Shown piece by piece: positions 52,179 through 63,927 of a DNA stretch of 64,000 bases (position 1 is the stretch's first letter; every line of letters starts with the position of its first letter). Source of the stretch: Halocafeteria seosinensis. Lineage: Eukaryota. Both the position numbers and the translations under genes were made by a program. The stretch spans positions 62,001 to 126,000 of the forward strand of contig LVLI01000043.1 of assembly GCA_001687465.1 (NCBI GenBank), written 5' to 3'. The notes under the pieces were generated by a model that was not told where the DNA came from, did no database searches, and was given only the letters and a program-made list of their open reading frames with translations.

Positions 52179-52834
52179 CTAGCGGGAAGACTCCATGCTT
52201 ATAATAAGCTCCTCAAATTTTGTATTAGTCCTGTGCAGGATGGGATACCGAGGAGGACGTCGTTGTTTTCTACTCGCTTTGCGATACCTTGGGGGTGTGG
52301 CCTGTGCGGAGGTTAAGAGTTCCAATAAGTCAGCGACCCCCTCCCCTTTGCGTTGCCCAGGAATACCACCAAGAAACGTTATCTGAGCGTGGTTTCGACC
52401 TAAGTACTCCCACTCGAAGACGGGGGCTTTGAAAATCCCACAAGTCTTTTCCTCTGGATCCACGACTCTGAGTATATCTTCGATGTCATCGCAGTCCATG
52501 GGTGGGGGATACATATACTCCTTAACCCGAAGGGTTTCGGGAATAACGAACCACACCTCGTAAATTGCGCTTAACCTTTCCAAAAATTCATCCGACTGGG
52601 GATGTTTCTTTGCATATCGGATCCTCGTCCCGTCTCCCACGAGACTACTATGGAAGTAAGCAATCTTAAAATCGCTATTCTCATCCTCGTTCTGCAAAAG
52701 CATCCACCATTCATACGTGGTAGTTTCGGAGGACTTCTCATTTTTTTTTTCTTTTTTCTTTTTTCACTTGCCTGGTACTGAATACAATAGTCGAGGTCCA
52801 CAAGCAGAAGAGGCTTTCCCACGTCAGCAAAACG
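52179..52834 (-). pseudogene. Second, divergent NIF-like domain in frame behind the TAG (readthrough extension or pseudogenised half)
   Basis: LPP*RFADVGKPLLLVDLDYCIQYQ|NEDENSDF...YAKKHPQSDEFLERLSAIYEVWFV...ILRVVDPE. No ATG of its own; the intron has donor CAG|gcaagt. Confidence 0.6.
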
Positions 52835-53497
52835 CTATGGGGGCAATTCCCAAAACGTATGTATATACGTGTCTAAGTCGTGATGATGATCGTCGAATGT
52901 TTGAAGGAAAGCAGACAGATCTCGGAGAGTCGTATCCGATGGATCGCCATGAAACCGCTTGCAGCGAAGGTAAGCACCGTTCCCGGGCGCGTAGTTCAAA
53001 TAGTCGTCAATTACGAATACCTTAGACAGATCTCTGCTCAGACGAGTCAGATCTTTCACACCGTCGGTAAACTCCGTACAACGTCTGTCGAACACATGTG
53101 TAATTTTTCGGTGAGGGTCGATATGGTCGAGTATCGCCAAGAGGCGCTCTCCAACTGAAGAGCTGAAAATGCAAACCTCGAATTTGTCGCAAATCATGTC
53201 AAGAAACTCATCCAGGAAGGGCCGTCTTTGGACATATTCAGACAGTTTTGTCTTCTTTTCGCGGATCGAACTACTATACGAAATCTCGAACCCGTCTTCG
53301 CTGATCTGTGGCAGCAGAATGAAGAGCTGATGTCATACATAAGGTCAGACAGGAGCTACATATACATAAGGGTTTACCTCTTTACTTCCGTAGGGTCTAA
53401 TCAGGGTGTGATCCATATCAATGATAGCGAGAAGCTTCCCTGTGTAGCTCTGCTCGACCTCCCTGGGACTTGTATTGTACCCGCGCGATGTCTTCAT
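52835..53497 (-). CDS. FCP/SCP (NIF family) HAD phosphatase
   Basis: GKLLAIIDMDHTLI (DxDxT), intron, YVQRRPFLDEFLDMICDKFEVCIFSS, ILDHIDP, VKDLTRLSRDLSKVFVIDD, FHGDPSDTTLRDL; TAG at 52835-52837. Confidence 0.85.
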
Positions 53498-53867
53498 TTT
53501 AAGTAATTCGATGTCTTTTCTGTAGAAAAGAATTAGGCGTTCTTGATTTCAACTCGAGCGACAAACTCTGGGAAAGCGCAACATCTTATTTTTGTTAACG
53601 ACTTCGTAAGATTTTACTTCTTGCTAGTGTGTTCTTCAAGGTAATCTAACTTTTGGTTAGGAAGAAGTCAGGGCGGCGAGAGGAAACCATCGAGAAACGC
53701 GCGTAGCAGAATGCGCGTGTACCGAATCTCGCAGCTAATACTACTTGAAGTTATACGTGCATTATGTGCATGTACAGTATGCACACTACATGATACTACA
53801 GAACCCATCCAACCCTTGGAATTCCCGGTAACATGTCTGCATGTGATACCCAATATGCAATCAGAGA

Positions 53868-56408
53868 CTAACGTGTTAGGTTTCGTTCGTGTTCCGTCAA
53901 CTCCTGCAATTGCAGCGATACTGTTCTTAAGCGAGCTTTAAGGCGCTCTTGTTCACACCTTAGGTCCTTCCCTTCTTGTTTAATGCGCTGTTTCAAGTCT
54001 TGACTATTGGTTGCGAAACTTGCCCCAACCCCACTACCGCTGCTACTGGATAGTAAAAAGCTTATCTCGCTATGAGAACCACCACTTCCGAAGCTAGATG
54101 GGCGTGTGAATGGAGTTCTTCCTTTCTGCACAAGTATTTAGGCCCTTTAGTTTTACCAGAATCCTAAACTTAGTGCCGTCACTTACAGCATCTTTCGACT
54201 CTGGGTCCGCTCCGAATGTGTGCAATAAAAGCGAAGCGACCTCTTCATGTCCCGCCTGTTTGGCAAAGTGAAGGGGTGTCCGTTTTAGCTGCTGCATGGA
54301 GGAGAAACCTTGTCGAACACCAAGAACGGAGACCGCGTCAACTATACAACATACCTTTGACTCTTTCGTATCGGGGCTCATACGGCAGTCCTCAATGAAG
54401 AATTTTACGATTTCATAATGTCCTCGATAGGCTGCCCAGTGCAGCGGCAACATACCACACTGCAATTTGGCATTGGATTTAGAATGTGAGTGAGCCTGGC
54501 AGAATACGGTTGACTAACCTTGCCGTCTCCTGTATTCTTGTCTAAACGGAATTCGTACACAAGGATAATAACCGCACCTATCTGCCCATCCTGGCATGCC
54601 GAATGTAACGGCGTAAGCCCGCGCTGCAGCCAGTCAGAGCCACTCGGAGTACGCACAACTTAGCACACTATAAAGCGGGAGATGCTTACCTTGTCAATCC
54701 CTTCAGGGGAAACGCCATACTTCTTAACGAGTTTTCTCAAAAGATCCAACCTCCCATGTTTGGCCGCAACATGAAGCGGGGATACTCCGTGCTGAAATCA
54801 CCTCAAAACGCTTTAGCACAATACTAATCCATGAATGGAGAGAGCAAGAGCTTACCGAATCTCTCAAGTCGGCATTGACGTGGTACCGCTCTATGAGTGC
54901 TGTCGCCACACCCTCCTGAGCATGTTTAACAGCCACATGGAGTGGGGTGGCACCAGTCTGCAAGGAAGGCTAGCATTCCATCAGGCGGTGTGGCAACAGA
55001 GAACACTCGAAAAATGAAATACGTACAGTATGAAACCTTGACGCCGGGTTTGCCTTGTAACGCCCAATGAGCATATCCATAAAGGCTATATTGCCACAGC
55101 TGGCGGCGGCATGTATTAGCGAATATCTTTTCGCGTTATCTTCCCGTATGCATTCGCTAATATCATCTTCTCTGAGAAAAGCGTTGCCCCGCAAATGTAT
55201 CGATAGGTACCTGTCCAACTGTGAGAAAAAGGATATATCTTGATCTCGCAGTAGTGAGAACAGCTTCTTTCGCGCTGCACTCTCCGTCGAATGCTGGGCT
55301 GCGCTGTACCTCATGTCAATCGTTGATGCATTGTTCGACAACCTTGACTCTACTCGCTCGGGGCATCCAGCAGGGGGAGATTCTGCCCCATCAACAGGAT
55401 TACTTCCTCCAGGGCACACAGCCACCCTCGGATCACTAGTAGTTTGAGATCCCACTGAGGGGACTGAATCTCCTGGTTCATCTGTGTTGCAACGTTGATT
55501 CCATAGCTTCTCTTTCACCGCATGCCGTACCCAAATCCGTGATAGGTAATTATTTTGTCCTCTTTGTTCATGTCGTGAGTCACCAGAATCATTTGGTGGT
55601 TCCCTACAAGCATGAGAATAACTGGTCGTAGTGCCTCCGCTGCCTTTGATGGTTCTTCCTGTATCTATTACATTCTGAGGCAGATCATAGACCGACGACG
55701 GCATTTCCAAGAATTCATCGAGACATTTTTGACGGCTTTGATCGGCTTCAGTCATTGCTCTGATTCTTTGAGAGAGATACTCTGCAATTTGCGGTCCCAC
55801 GTCACTGTTATCAGTATGGGCTAACGCCCAGTCACGAGCAGTGTATCCGCGCTGCAAGGAGAGCTCATCACTACCGGTAACGATTGCCACTGAAACCATA
55901 AGTGACTTACAAAATCAACTTTCGTTGGATCGGCGTTGTACGTTCCAACGAATTTCGTAACCAATTCGAAGTGACCTGCAGAAGCAGCACAAAACAGCGG
56001 TGTCCACCCTGCATCATTGGGTGCGTCCACATCCGCTTTGTGCTTGTCCAACAAGTGGAATGCAATTCGATTTTGGCCCACACTGGCCGCCAAATGGAGT
56101 GGGGTTTGTCCAGTATCCTGCAACAATGTAGCTTAGTCAATTCGTGCTACCCGACTTGAATCTACCACTTTTCTTCGTGAGGACGAGGACACTTCAACAA
56201 TGATCTCTCTAGCTGCCGAGACTGCATGCAGAGAACGTACCGTTAAAAGAACGTCAGTGGCCTTGTAAATCTGGTAGGTAGCTTTTAGTTGAAAGGCGAC
56301 TTCATCGAGTTTAGTTATATCTCCATATCGAAGTGCGTTCTTGAAGTCCCGCTTCTCTTTTCGCGTTAGTATTACTCGACACCTTTCGCTTTCTGACGCA
56401 GTCGGCAT
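53868..56408 (-). CDS. Ankyrin-repeat protein, multi-exon, short C-terminal coiled coil
   Basis: GQTPLHLAASVG, GWTPLFCAASAG, SLIHAAASCG, GATPLHVAVKHA, GVSPLHVAAKHG, GLTPLHSACQDG, GMLPLHWAAYRG, KRTPLHFAKQAG on exons bounded by GT-AG. Confidence 0.85.
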
Positions 56409-57065
56409 TTTGAACCAATTGGCAGAGGTTAATCCGAAAACAAAGACCCTGAGAAATCGAAAATTTTATCCAAAGAAACAACACAATACCAAGAAATGCA
56501 TTAACTTGAAGTGTGCAGGATCGCAGAATCTGTGAAGTATCTGTCCCAAGCTTCACAACTTTATTCACAAGGGTCACCCTCGAACTGAGTGAACCATAGC
56601 CACTGCCGTAGATGCGTAAAGCCTCTTTTCTGAGGTGGTCGTCCTTCCTTAATTGAAGAGAACGTTAATTCAGCTCGGACCGCGGCGTTAAAAATGCAAT
56701 CCCTCATCCTGATACCCCCGTCAAAACTTGACGTTGGGAACTACAGTAGTTCCACTTTCCAATATAAATGTTGCAGAATATGCCATATGCCATTAACCTA
56801 AACAGTAGTATAATAAGGACGTCCGCGGTGGATGACCGCATCAGAGGATCAGTATGTCTACGAAGTAAGCCTGTAGAGGTCCGCACGAAATCCACGCGTT
56901 AAGAATGGTAAGTGCGATGAAATGGGAAGGAGGTGAAGCAGCAACGAAGAAACCATTACAAGCATTGCAATGTATATTCAAAGATACGAATCAAGTAATA
57001 GCTAATATGGACGTATTTCATTCAGTTGGGCTACGCAACCACCTAAGAAACCTGAAACCCTTCCG

Positions 57066-58324
57066 TCACTCAAGACCGGTTCGTCCATATCGCCCTGAGC
57101 TACTAGCACCGGTACTTTGATTCCTTCGTGTTGTAACCAGTTCAGTATACAGGTTGTTCTTGTCCTGAGTCAAGCGTTCAACCTCCCGGCGGAGTTCGGC
57201 CGAGTTCATCTGTTCGCGTTCTAGAGAATCCCTTAGACCATCCATCTTACTGTCTTGCTTCTCAATGGTTTCCTGCTTTCGATTCAAATCTTGTTGCAAG
57301 GTGGCGGCTTTATCAGAGTTTTTTCTAGCATCCTCTTGTGTCTGTCAAGGAAAGAGACTTATATCCATGATGCCGAAGGCAAGGAATACTTCCTGATAAC
57401 ATACTCTTTCTAGGAGGGAAGTCAGTTTTTCGATTTGAGCATCCTTGTCTTCCAACTGCCTAGTGAAGGTGTTTTCAACGCTTACTCGCAATCTGGCTAC
57501 TTCATTTTGTATCTTGCCACTGTTGGCAGCGGGAGCCACGGTCTCTAAGTACTTCGCCGTGTTGCGGGTGGCAAGTGAAAGGGGTGTTCTCCCTTCCTGC
57601 AGAGCGCAGAATCTCTCATGAAATTCAGCTCCTACAAGCAAACATGACCAGTACGATCAAAGTACCTTGTCTTCTGTTGCCGCGTTGACTCCGTATCTCT
57701 CGATGAGAAGTTGTACACAGTCCTCATTCCCCTTAGCAGCAGCAAGATGCAGCGCGGTTTGTCCGCTCTGAAAGCCGAATCGCAAAACGGGTGGTCTATG
57801 GATATGCTAATTGGAAAAAAGCAATAGCAGACGAACCTTATCTTTGTAGTGACAGTTAGCTCCGTAAACGTCGGCAAGTAGCCTCATACTTTGGATATCA
57901 CCGCCCTCTGCTGCCCAGAATAGCGCAGTCCGTCCAAGCTGCAGATAATGTTGTATAGGGTAAAACTGGTAGGTGATTAAAATAGCGAATGTACGTACTT
58001 CATCCGTGGCATCGACATGTACGCCGTGAGTAAGCAAAGTATCCATGCAGTCGACCTTCTGGGACTTGGCTGCCACAATCAACGGGATATCTCCCTGACC
58101 ACATGGGAAAAGCAGACCCTCAAGGACTGAACAACATGACACGTATTGATGTCTCTTACCTTGATCGAGCCGCAATTATTGAGGTTCGGGAGGTTGTCTT
58201 GGCGCAGCAAATTTTCGAGGTTCGCCACATCGCCCGCCCTGCACGCATCTTGTATCACCGAGAGGGGCTCCTGCATGTTAGCCGGTTGGCGTTTGTGATA
58301 CTGACTAAGCATTCTACGCCTCAT
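57066..58324 (-). CDS. Ankyrin-repeat protein with C-terminal coiled coil
   Basis: IQDACRAGD, GDIPLIVAAKSQ, GRTALFWAAEGG, GQTALHLAAAKG, GRTPLSLA on successive exons, then QQDLNRKQETIEKQDSKMDGLRDSLERE. Confidence 0.85.
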
Positions 58325-59010
58325 TGTATCCGATAATTGGCTCAAAGGAATTGCACCTATGCAAAAGATCTCAACTGGATCGCTGAGAAATTTCCTGACA
58401 CTGCTTCAACCTCGATACAACGATTGATGTATTCCACAGCGCTACGTTGATAATCGTTCACGGAATAGAAAATTTTTGACCTTTTTTTTCTTCTTCTTTT
58501 TCTTTCTGTGACTTCGCACAATCAACACGGTTAAACTTTCTGATGCGTCATGCACTCTGCCTGCGTTGTGTGTATTCAACTTCAACTATAGTAAGTACCC
58601 GTCTGCGTGCTGTTCGCTACATTTGTGAAAATGGGGGCAGCTGCGGCGCTGCGACCAGGAATCCAAACATGCAACAACATCGTGGTCTAAACAACGATAG
58701 AGCTGAGGTTGGATGATTAGCACCGGAAAGATACATCGTACTTGTGGTCAAGAGGGTTGGAACTTCAATTAGAAAGACACGAGGGCTTATCATCACATCA
58801 GCTACCGGTTCCAACACAACGTATGAAGGCGTAGCCTCGGCTAACGGGCACTTAACTTGTCACTGACTGCTATGCGACTTTGAACGGCAAGATTGTAGCA
58901 GCTGTACTCCAGTGCAGTACTCTGTACAAACTGCACTGTAGATGGATAGGTAACTGAATTCCAGACTGAGAATTTCCAGTATGTGTGACACCTTGTGTGT
59001 ATTCAACTAT

Positions 59011-59043
59011 CACACACAAATGTGACAGATAGCCCACCGGCCG
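59011..59043 (+). repeat. Dispersed repeat copy 3
   Basis: cacacacaaatgtgacagatagcccaccggccg, 32/33 identical to 22771-22803. Confidence 0.85.
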
Positions 59044-59480
59044 TGCTACAATACTTGTACAACTGGGATACTTTACCCAAAACACAACTATCACCAACAG
59101 CAATGCGAGCGATGTAATCCCTGAAGAAAAGCAATCATCATACCACGCTGCACGCAATCGAACATTGAATGCAAACCTTCGCGGACGAGTCCTTTAGCAA
59201 TCCAGCCCTGTCCAGAGAGGCTCTGGGTGTGTGTATCCAGCCCTACCCTAAACTTTAGGGCCTAAAGACTCTTAGTAAAGAGATTAGCAATTCCTGATGC
59301 GGACTTCAACTTCAACTTCCCATGAATGGGCTCGGGTCTTTATTGTGGTCAAAGATAAGGATACAGTACTTGTTTTGTCCATGTTTGGGGGTGGTACATA
59401 TGTGGCTTGGTTAGGTTGATTAAGCTTGCCTTGGGGATCTGGTCTCCTCTGTGTATTTAGCGTAGTTAGAGGACTGAAAG

Positions 59481-60380
59481 ATGCCGGCCACCGCGGGACG
59501 AGTTCGCATGTATGTCATATACACGTTCATATACACCCTTGTTGTCCCATTCACTCACTTTTTCCTGTCTTATTCGATGCGCTGCAGGCCTGCGAACAAC
59601 CGGGTGCATGTGAGCAGCACGTTGGGAACGACGGATGTATGGAGAAATGTGATCAAATACGACCCGTATGCCAACGAAAATGAAAATCAGCAATCACAGG
59701 TACGTAGGGGTCATATATTCGACTATTTGAGCTGGAGAAAGGATTTGAATTATCTCGTGGAGGGAATGCAGGAAGGAACGGAACGAGCAGAGCAAGGGAA
59801 GGGCTTGATGCAGCTAGCGAAAATGAAGAAAATGGTATGTCGACGTGAATATGTACAAGGAGTATTAATTGTTATTTATTGAGTCTGGCGTTTTCTTGTG
59901 CAAAAACAGGGAGATGATACTGGAGAGAGCGAAAAGAAATATGACATTCGAAAACTGTCGCATCGTCGGAACAGATTGTCGTTGGAAGCGGCAACCACTT
60001 TAGGATGGGCCCCGAAGTTCGAAGATTACAAAGAGAGTAAAGATGACGATGATGATGGCTCCACAGCGTCAAGCGAAGGAAGTTCTTCGGATGATAGCGA
60101 CTCTTCTGAGGACAGAAAGCACCGGTCTAAGCACAAGAGCTCTCACAAACGCAAGCATTCTGGGTCCCGTGACAACAAAAAATCATCCAGGCAGCGGTCT
60201 TCCTCGAAGAGGTCAAGGTCAAGATCACGCGATAGGAAGTCCAAGCACCGGCACCATCGCAAGTCTTCTTCTCATCACAAGAAACACCATAAGAAAGACG
60301 ACCGTGAGCACAAGTCTCATAAGCACCACAAGAAGGAAAGGAAGCGTCGTTCCCGGAGCTCTTCGTCGGAATCCGATTAG
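59481..60380 (+). CDS. CXIP4: CAX-interacting protein 4 (CXIP4)-like RS/KH-rich protein, 4 exons
   Basis: Spliced N-terminus MPATAGRVRM|PANNRVHVSSTLGTTDVWRNVIKYDPYA matches the plant CXIP4 start MPATAGRVRMPANNRVH...W...IGYDPYA; then GLMQLAKM and an S/D plus K/R/H-rich tail. Confidence 0.85.
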
Positions 60381-60784
60381 CGCATACACATTTCATGAAT
60401 GACTGAACAGCAGAGATGCTGACATATGAATGTGTTTCCTTTTATTCGGCAATACAAACGGACTATGAATGCAAGTTTAGCACCGTGTGGTAGGTATTGA
60501 ATAGAAGCAAGTCTTCCGGATATCTGATTAACTCCCAATCGATATCGATGTATGTAACATGTGCTGCATATTCACTGGGGAGCATGTCCTCCTCCCTGAG
60601 TAACTTGGCGCTCATTGCCAGTAGGCTTTTCTATTTGAATGAGTCGATATAAAGTTTATAAACCCAGCAAACTCTCAATAGGGTACAATAGTTAAACCCA
60701 ATAACCGTGTTTGATACAGTGGCCCCCAAAAAGAAAAAAAATAAAATATTTATAATTTTCTATCTTTTTCCGCATAAAATAACA

Positions 60785-61921
60785 ATGACATCAGCTAATG
60801 AGTCTGGTCAGCAGCATCCATTGAATGCATTGCTGTATATTCAGAGCAAAGAGGGCCTCCAGAGTATCCTCCAGATCACTTTCCGCTGCCGACATCTCTT
60901 TCATACAGCGTTCCAGGATGATGAGGAGGTGTCCTACACACCATCGGAGCTGTATAGAAGGGAGAAGAAGGACCAAAAGTACTTGAAATCGTCGGATAAG
61001 GGGGGAAATGGCGAAAAACACGCTGTAGGAGCCCTGAGTTCCACGGACCGAATGCTCATTGAGGTGCGTATACACGTCTTTTCAAGGCTCTCCGGGGCTC
61101 TTATATCTGCATGAGGAAGAGTTCAATTGATTCATGTGTGTGTTGTTATGTCCGTGGGAGCGCAGGAAGCAGTGAACAGAGCGGCGGACCACTTTGAAGA
61201 GAAGCCTTCCGTGAACCAAACTATTCAGGTATGGCCTCAAACTCGTTATTATGGCAGAAATCTAAAGCCCACAAATAAGAGATGAGAATGGTTTGAAATT
61301 TGTTTTCGTTGCGTGTCGTTGCAGCTCTTGGAAGAGATAGCCAAAGTTATCCGCACTCTGCTGGTCCAAAGTGCTACACTACAAAGTGCTGAAGATATCC
61401 AGAAATTACTTCCAGAAGGCGTGGATGAAAGGCTGCAAGAGCTACTCACAAAGGTAATTCCAACGACTCCTATCTGATGTTCATGAGAGGGGATGGTCTG
61501 GAAGTTAACATCTTCGAATTTGTTATTATTTGCTGCAGCAATTGGGAAAAAAGTTAGGACTATGGAGATCAGCGAGTAGTGAAGGCAGACTGAAAAATCC
61601 TACCCTAGAGTCTTTTAATTGGCAAGTGGATCTATCGACGCACTTTTCTGATATCCAATCCGCAACGAAGCAGCCGCACACTGTGCTAAACTTTGATGTG
61701 CGCCAACCTCCGAAACATGAAGACGAAATTGGAGAAACTCAATCAATAACATGCCGCTTGAACAAAGGTTAGTTCGCTGCTCGTCCTTAGTATAATGTCC
61801 CTCTTGCATCTAATAATCCTAGGGATTTGTGAGTACAACAGAGACTCTCGATACAATGCTTTCAAGTTTTCACGAAATCCGTGATCAGTTGACTGCAATG
61901 GCTGGGGAGCCTTCCGGTTAA
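60785..61921 (+). CDS. COMMD9: COMM domain-containing protein 9-like, 5 exons
   Basis: PTLESFNWQVDL...PHTVLNFDV...SITCRLNK|ETLDTMLSSFHEIRDQLTAMA; the ETLDTML...IRDQL ending is characteristic of COMMD9. Confidence 0.82.
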
Positions 61922-61953
61922 TCGTGGAATTCGTTGAATAACTACCAGTCTGG

Positions 61954-63603
61954 TCAACCTCCATTGAGTGCAGACCAAACTGTTGCGATGAACATATCCT
62001 TTTCTTGGCCACCAAGGCATTCAATCAAGTCCATTAGGTCGTGGCGTCTGGCTAAATCTTGGACTTCAGCGGGGGGTTGTTGACCGCGTAGCGGAAGCGG
62101 GGGCTCGATAACTAATTCAGCGAGCAAATCTTCATTGTGCCCGTGGGCAAACTCGCGAAGAGAATGGGCCAAATGATTCGTTTCCAACCGACGCTCTATC
62201 AGGGCCTGTATGAATGCACTGCGAATAGGACCAGAGGCTACTGACCACAATTCAAAGAGAAGCTGCATCCTTTGTTTAGGAATAAGCGTGTGTATACCGG
62301 CTTCTGGTGCAGCCGTATGTTGGTTTCCGGATGAGCTCTGCGTGTTAGGGGACTTCTGCGTAGGTGGCATTACTATCTTTGTTTCTTGAAGAGCTGAATG
62401 CGACTTATCCCCGCTAAGTGTGCGGTACTGTTGCGACACTGGATCCCGTAGCTTACTCTCATAATGATGACCGCTGGTATGATCTTCATCATCGATATCT
62501 GTACTATCGCTATTGTTCGCATCGAAACCATTTGCACCGCCGTTGTAGAAAATGGAGTGTGAAACGACGTCCGATCCCTTTGCCTCGCCGTTATTTCCTT
62601 CCACAATGCCATTGAGTTCCCTACGGGAGGAGGTAGTAGCCCACTTGGTTTCCGGTTGATCATACGCTGCATGCCTGTTTCTTACGTTTTCGATGCAGAC
62701 GCCATGACTCGCACCCAGTCCTTCAACAGCACTACAGAGGTTATCTTCAGTATCTATATCTTGAGACTCTGGAGATACTACAGCAGAGTCATCATTCCTT
62801 CTAGCCTCAGTTGTTATGTCAATGAAACCCAGCTCACCATCATCTCCTTCCGGCCTCCCAGGAATGTCTACTGGTGAAGCCGCTCCAAATCCCTCAGAAC
62901 CAACATCACAAGTTCTACCAGCCCTCGCGTGTCCATCAACTGCACTCCATCTTCCAGAGTTTGAATTGACTCTGTTCGAGCTTCCGGTTAGCTGGTTCTG
63001 GTGTTGCCTCAAAATGGCATTTCTACTCAGATCCGAGTGGTGCTTCACCACATGGAAGCCACTGTCTCCGCCAGATCCCACAGACACTGAATCATCACTA
63101 AGAATGCTCTCATTCCCGGCATCCGGAGGGGAATTCTGCATTTGAAATCCAAACAGTGCTGGCTAACACAGAGAAGCAAACAGTACGATACCACTTCGTA
63201 CCTGTATAATTCTAACATTGCGATGTGTACTCGGCTCTTGCCGTACACTCTCCATGCGCGTTCCATTGGCCACAGCATCTGCTTCCCGTCAACACCAAAA
63301 TGTCTCTCAATAACAAACAGCAAGAGAGCAATAAATTACGCTTCCTCCTCACGTACCTAAGTTGTTGTGGAAGGAACTGGGTCGCGACATTCCGAAGCTC
63401 CCGGGACTGTCGCCCGCCCATGACACCTCTTCAGAATCATCAGAATCATAAAAAGTGGCTTCCATAACTTGGTCCCGTGGAGGTGGAACTGCATTGTGTC
63501 CACTTAATGGCGCATTCAAATCCGAAACGCGATTAGGAAGTGAGGATGAGTCGCCTCTTTCGGAGGCTCTCTCCCTCTCTGGAGTTCGTTCAGCCATGAC
63601 CAT
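61954..63603 (-). CDS. Uncharacterised protein, disordered N-terminus and helical C-terminal domain
   Basis: 395-codon ORF plus an upstream exon (MVMAERTPER...FHNNL, donor near 63355). The internal exon structure is uncertain. Confidence 0.6.
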
Positions 63604-63893
63604 CGACCGACCCCTCAAGAGGGGTTCGTTGCCGACATTTTCACACCACTATTACAACTCGTTCCATCCTCCTCCCTTTTATTGTCCAGCCTAATGTAGG
63701 AGGGTCCCGACGGAAAAGCGCAATCGTACAATCTTTTCGGAGACTTTTACTTCAACTTCAACTTGGGACCTGCCGTTTATTCATTGTGGACGCGCTGATT
63801 TCAGCCAGATTTGAGACTGTAGAGTGTATGCATCGCTCGGGTGGGAAAGCACCGTTTGATTGAGTGATTTTCCCCTGCTGTACGCGCGGGAAA

Positions 63894-63927
63894 ATGCCAC
63901 CGAAAAAGAAAGGCGGCAAGAAAAAAG
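63894..63927 (+). CDS. First exon of a gene running off the window (MPPKKKGGKKK)
   Basis: aaaATG CCA CCG AAA AAG AAA GGC GGC AAG AAA AAA G|gtgagt: a consensus donor, and an MPPKK..GKK start common in ciliary proteins. Confidence 0.6.

Noticed and set aside
52835..52837. Genome-wide TAG reassignment or pyrrolysine
   Set aside because: TAG terminates other genes here (566, 19810, 26902, 60380) and the long ORFs have no internal TAG.
13240..61921. Functional endosome/lysosome gene cluster (NPRL2, flippase, PX fusion, COMMD9)
   Set aside because: The genes are scattered among unrelated ones on both strands, with no sign of co-regulation; expected by chance in a compact genome.
61954..62290. PWI-like domain at the C-terminus of the last complete gene
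   Set aside because: Only a loose F-I-x-x-V-W resemblance; the N-terminal PWI motif is absent, so it is not supportable by eye.
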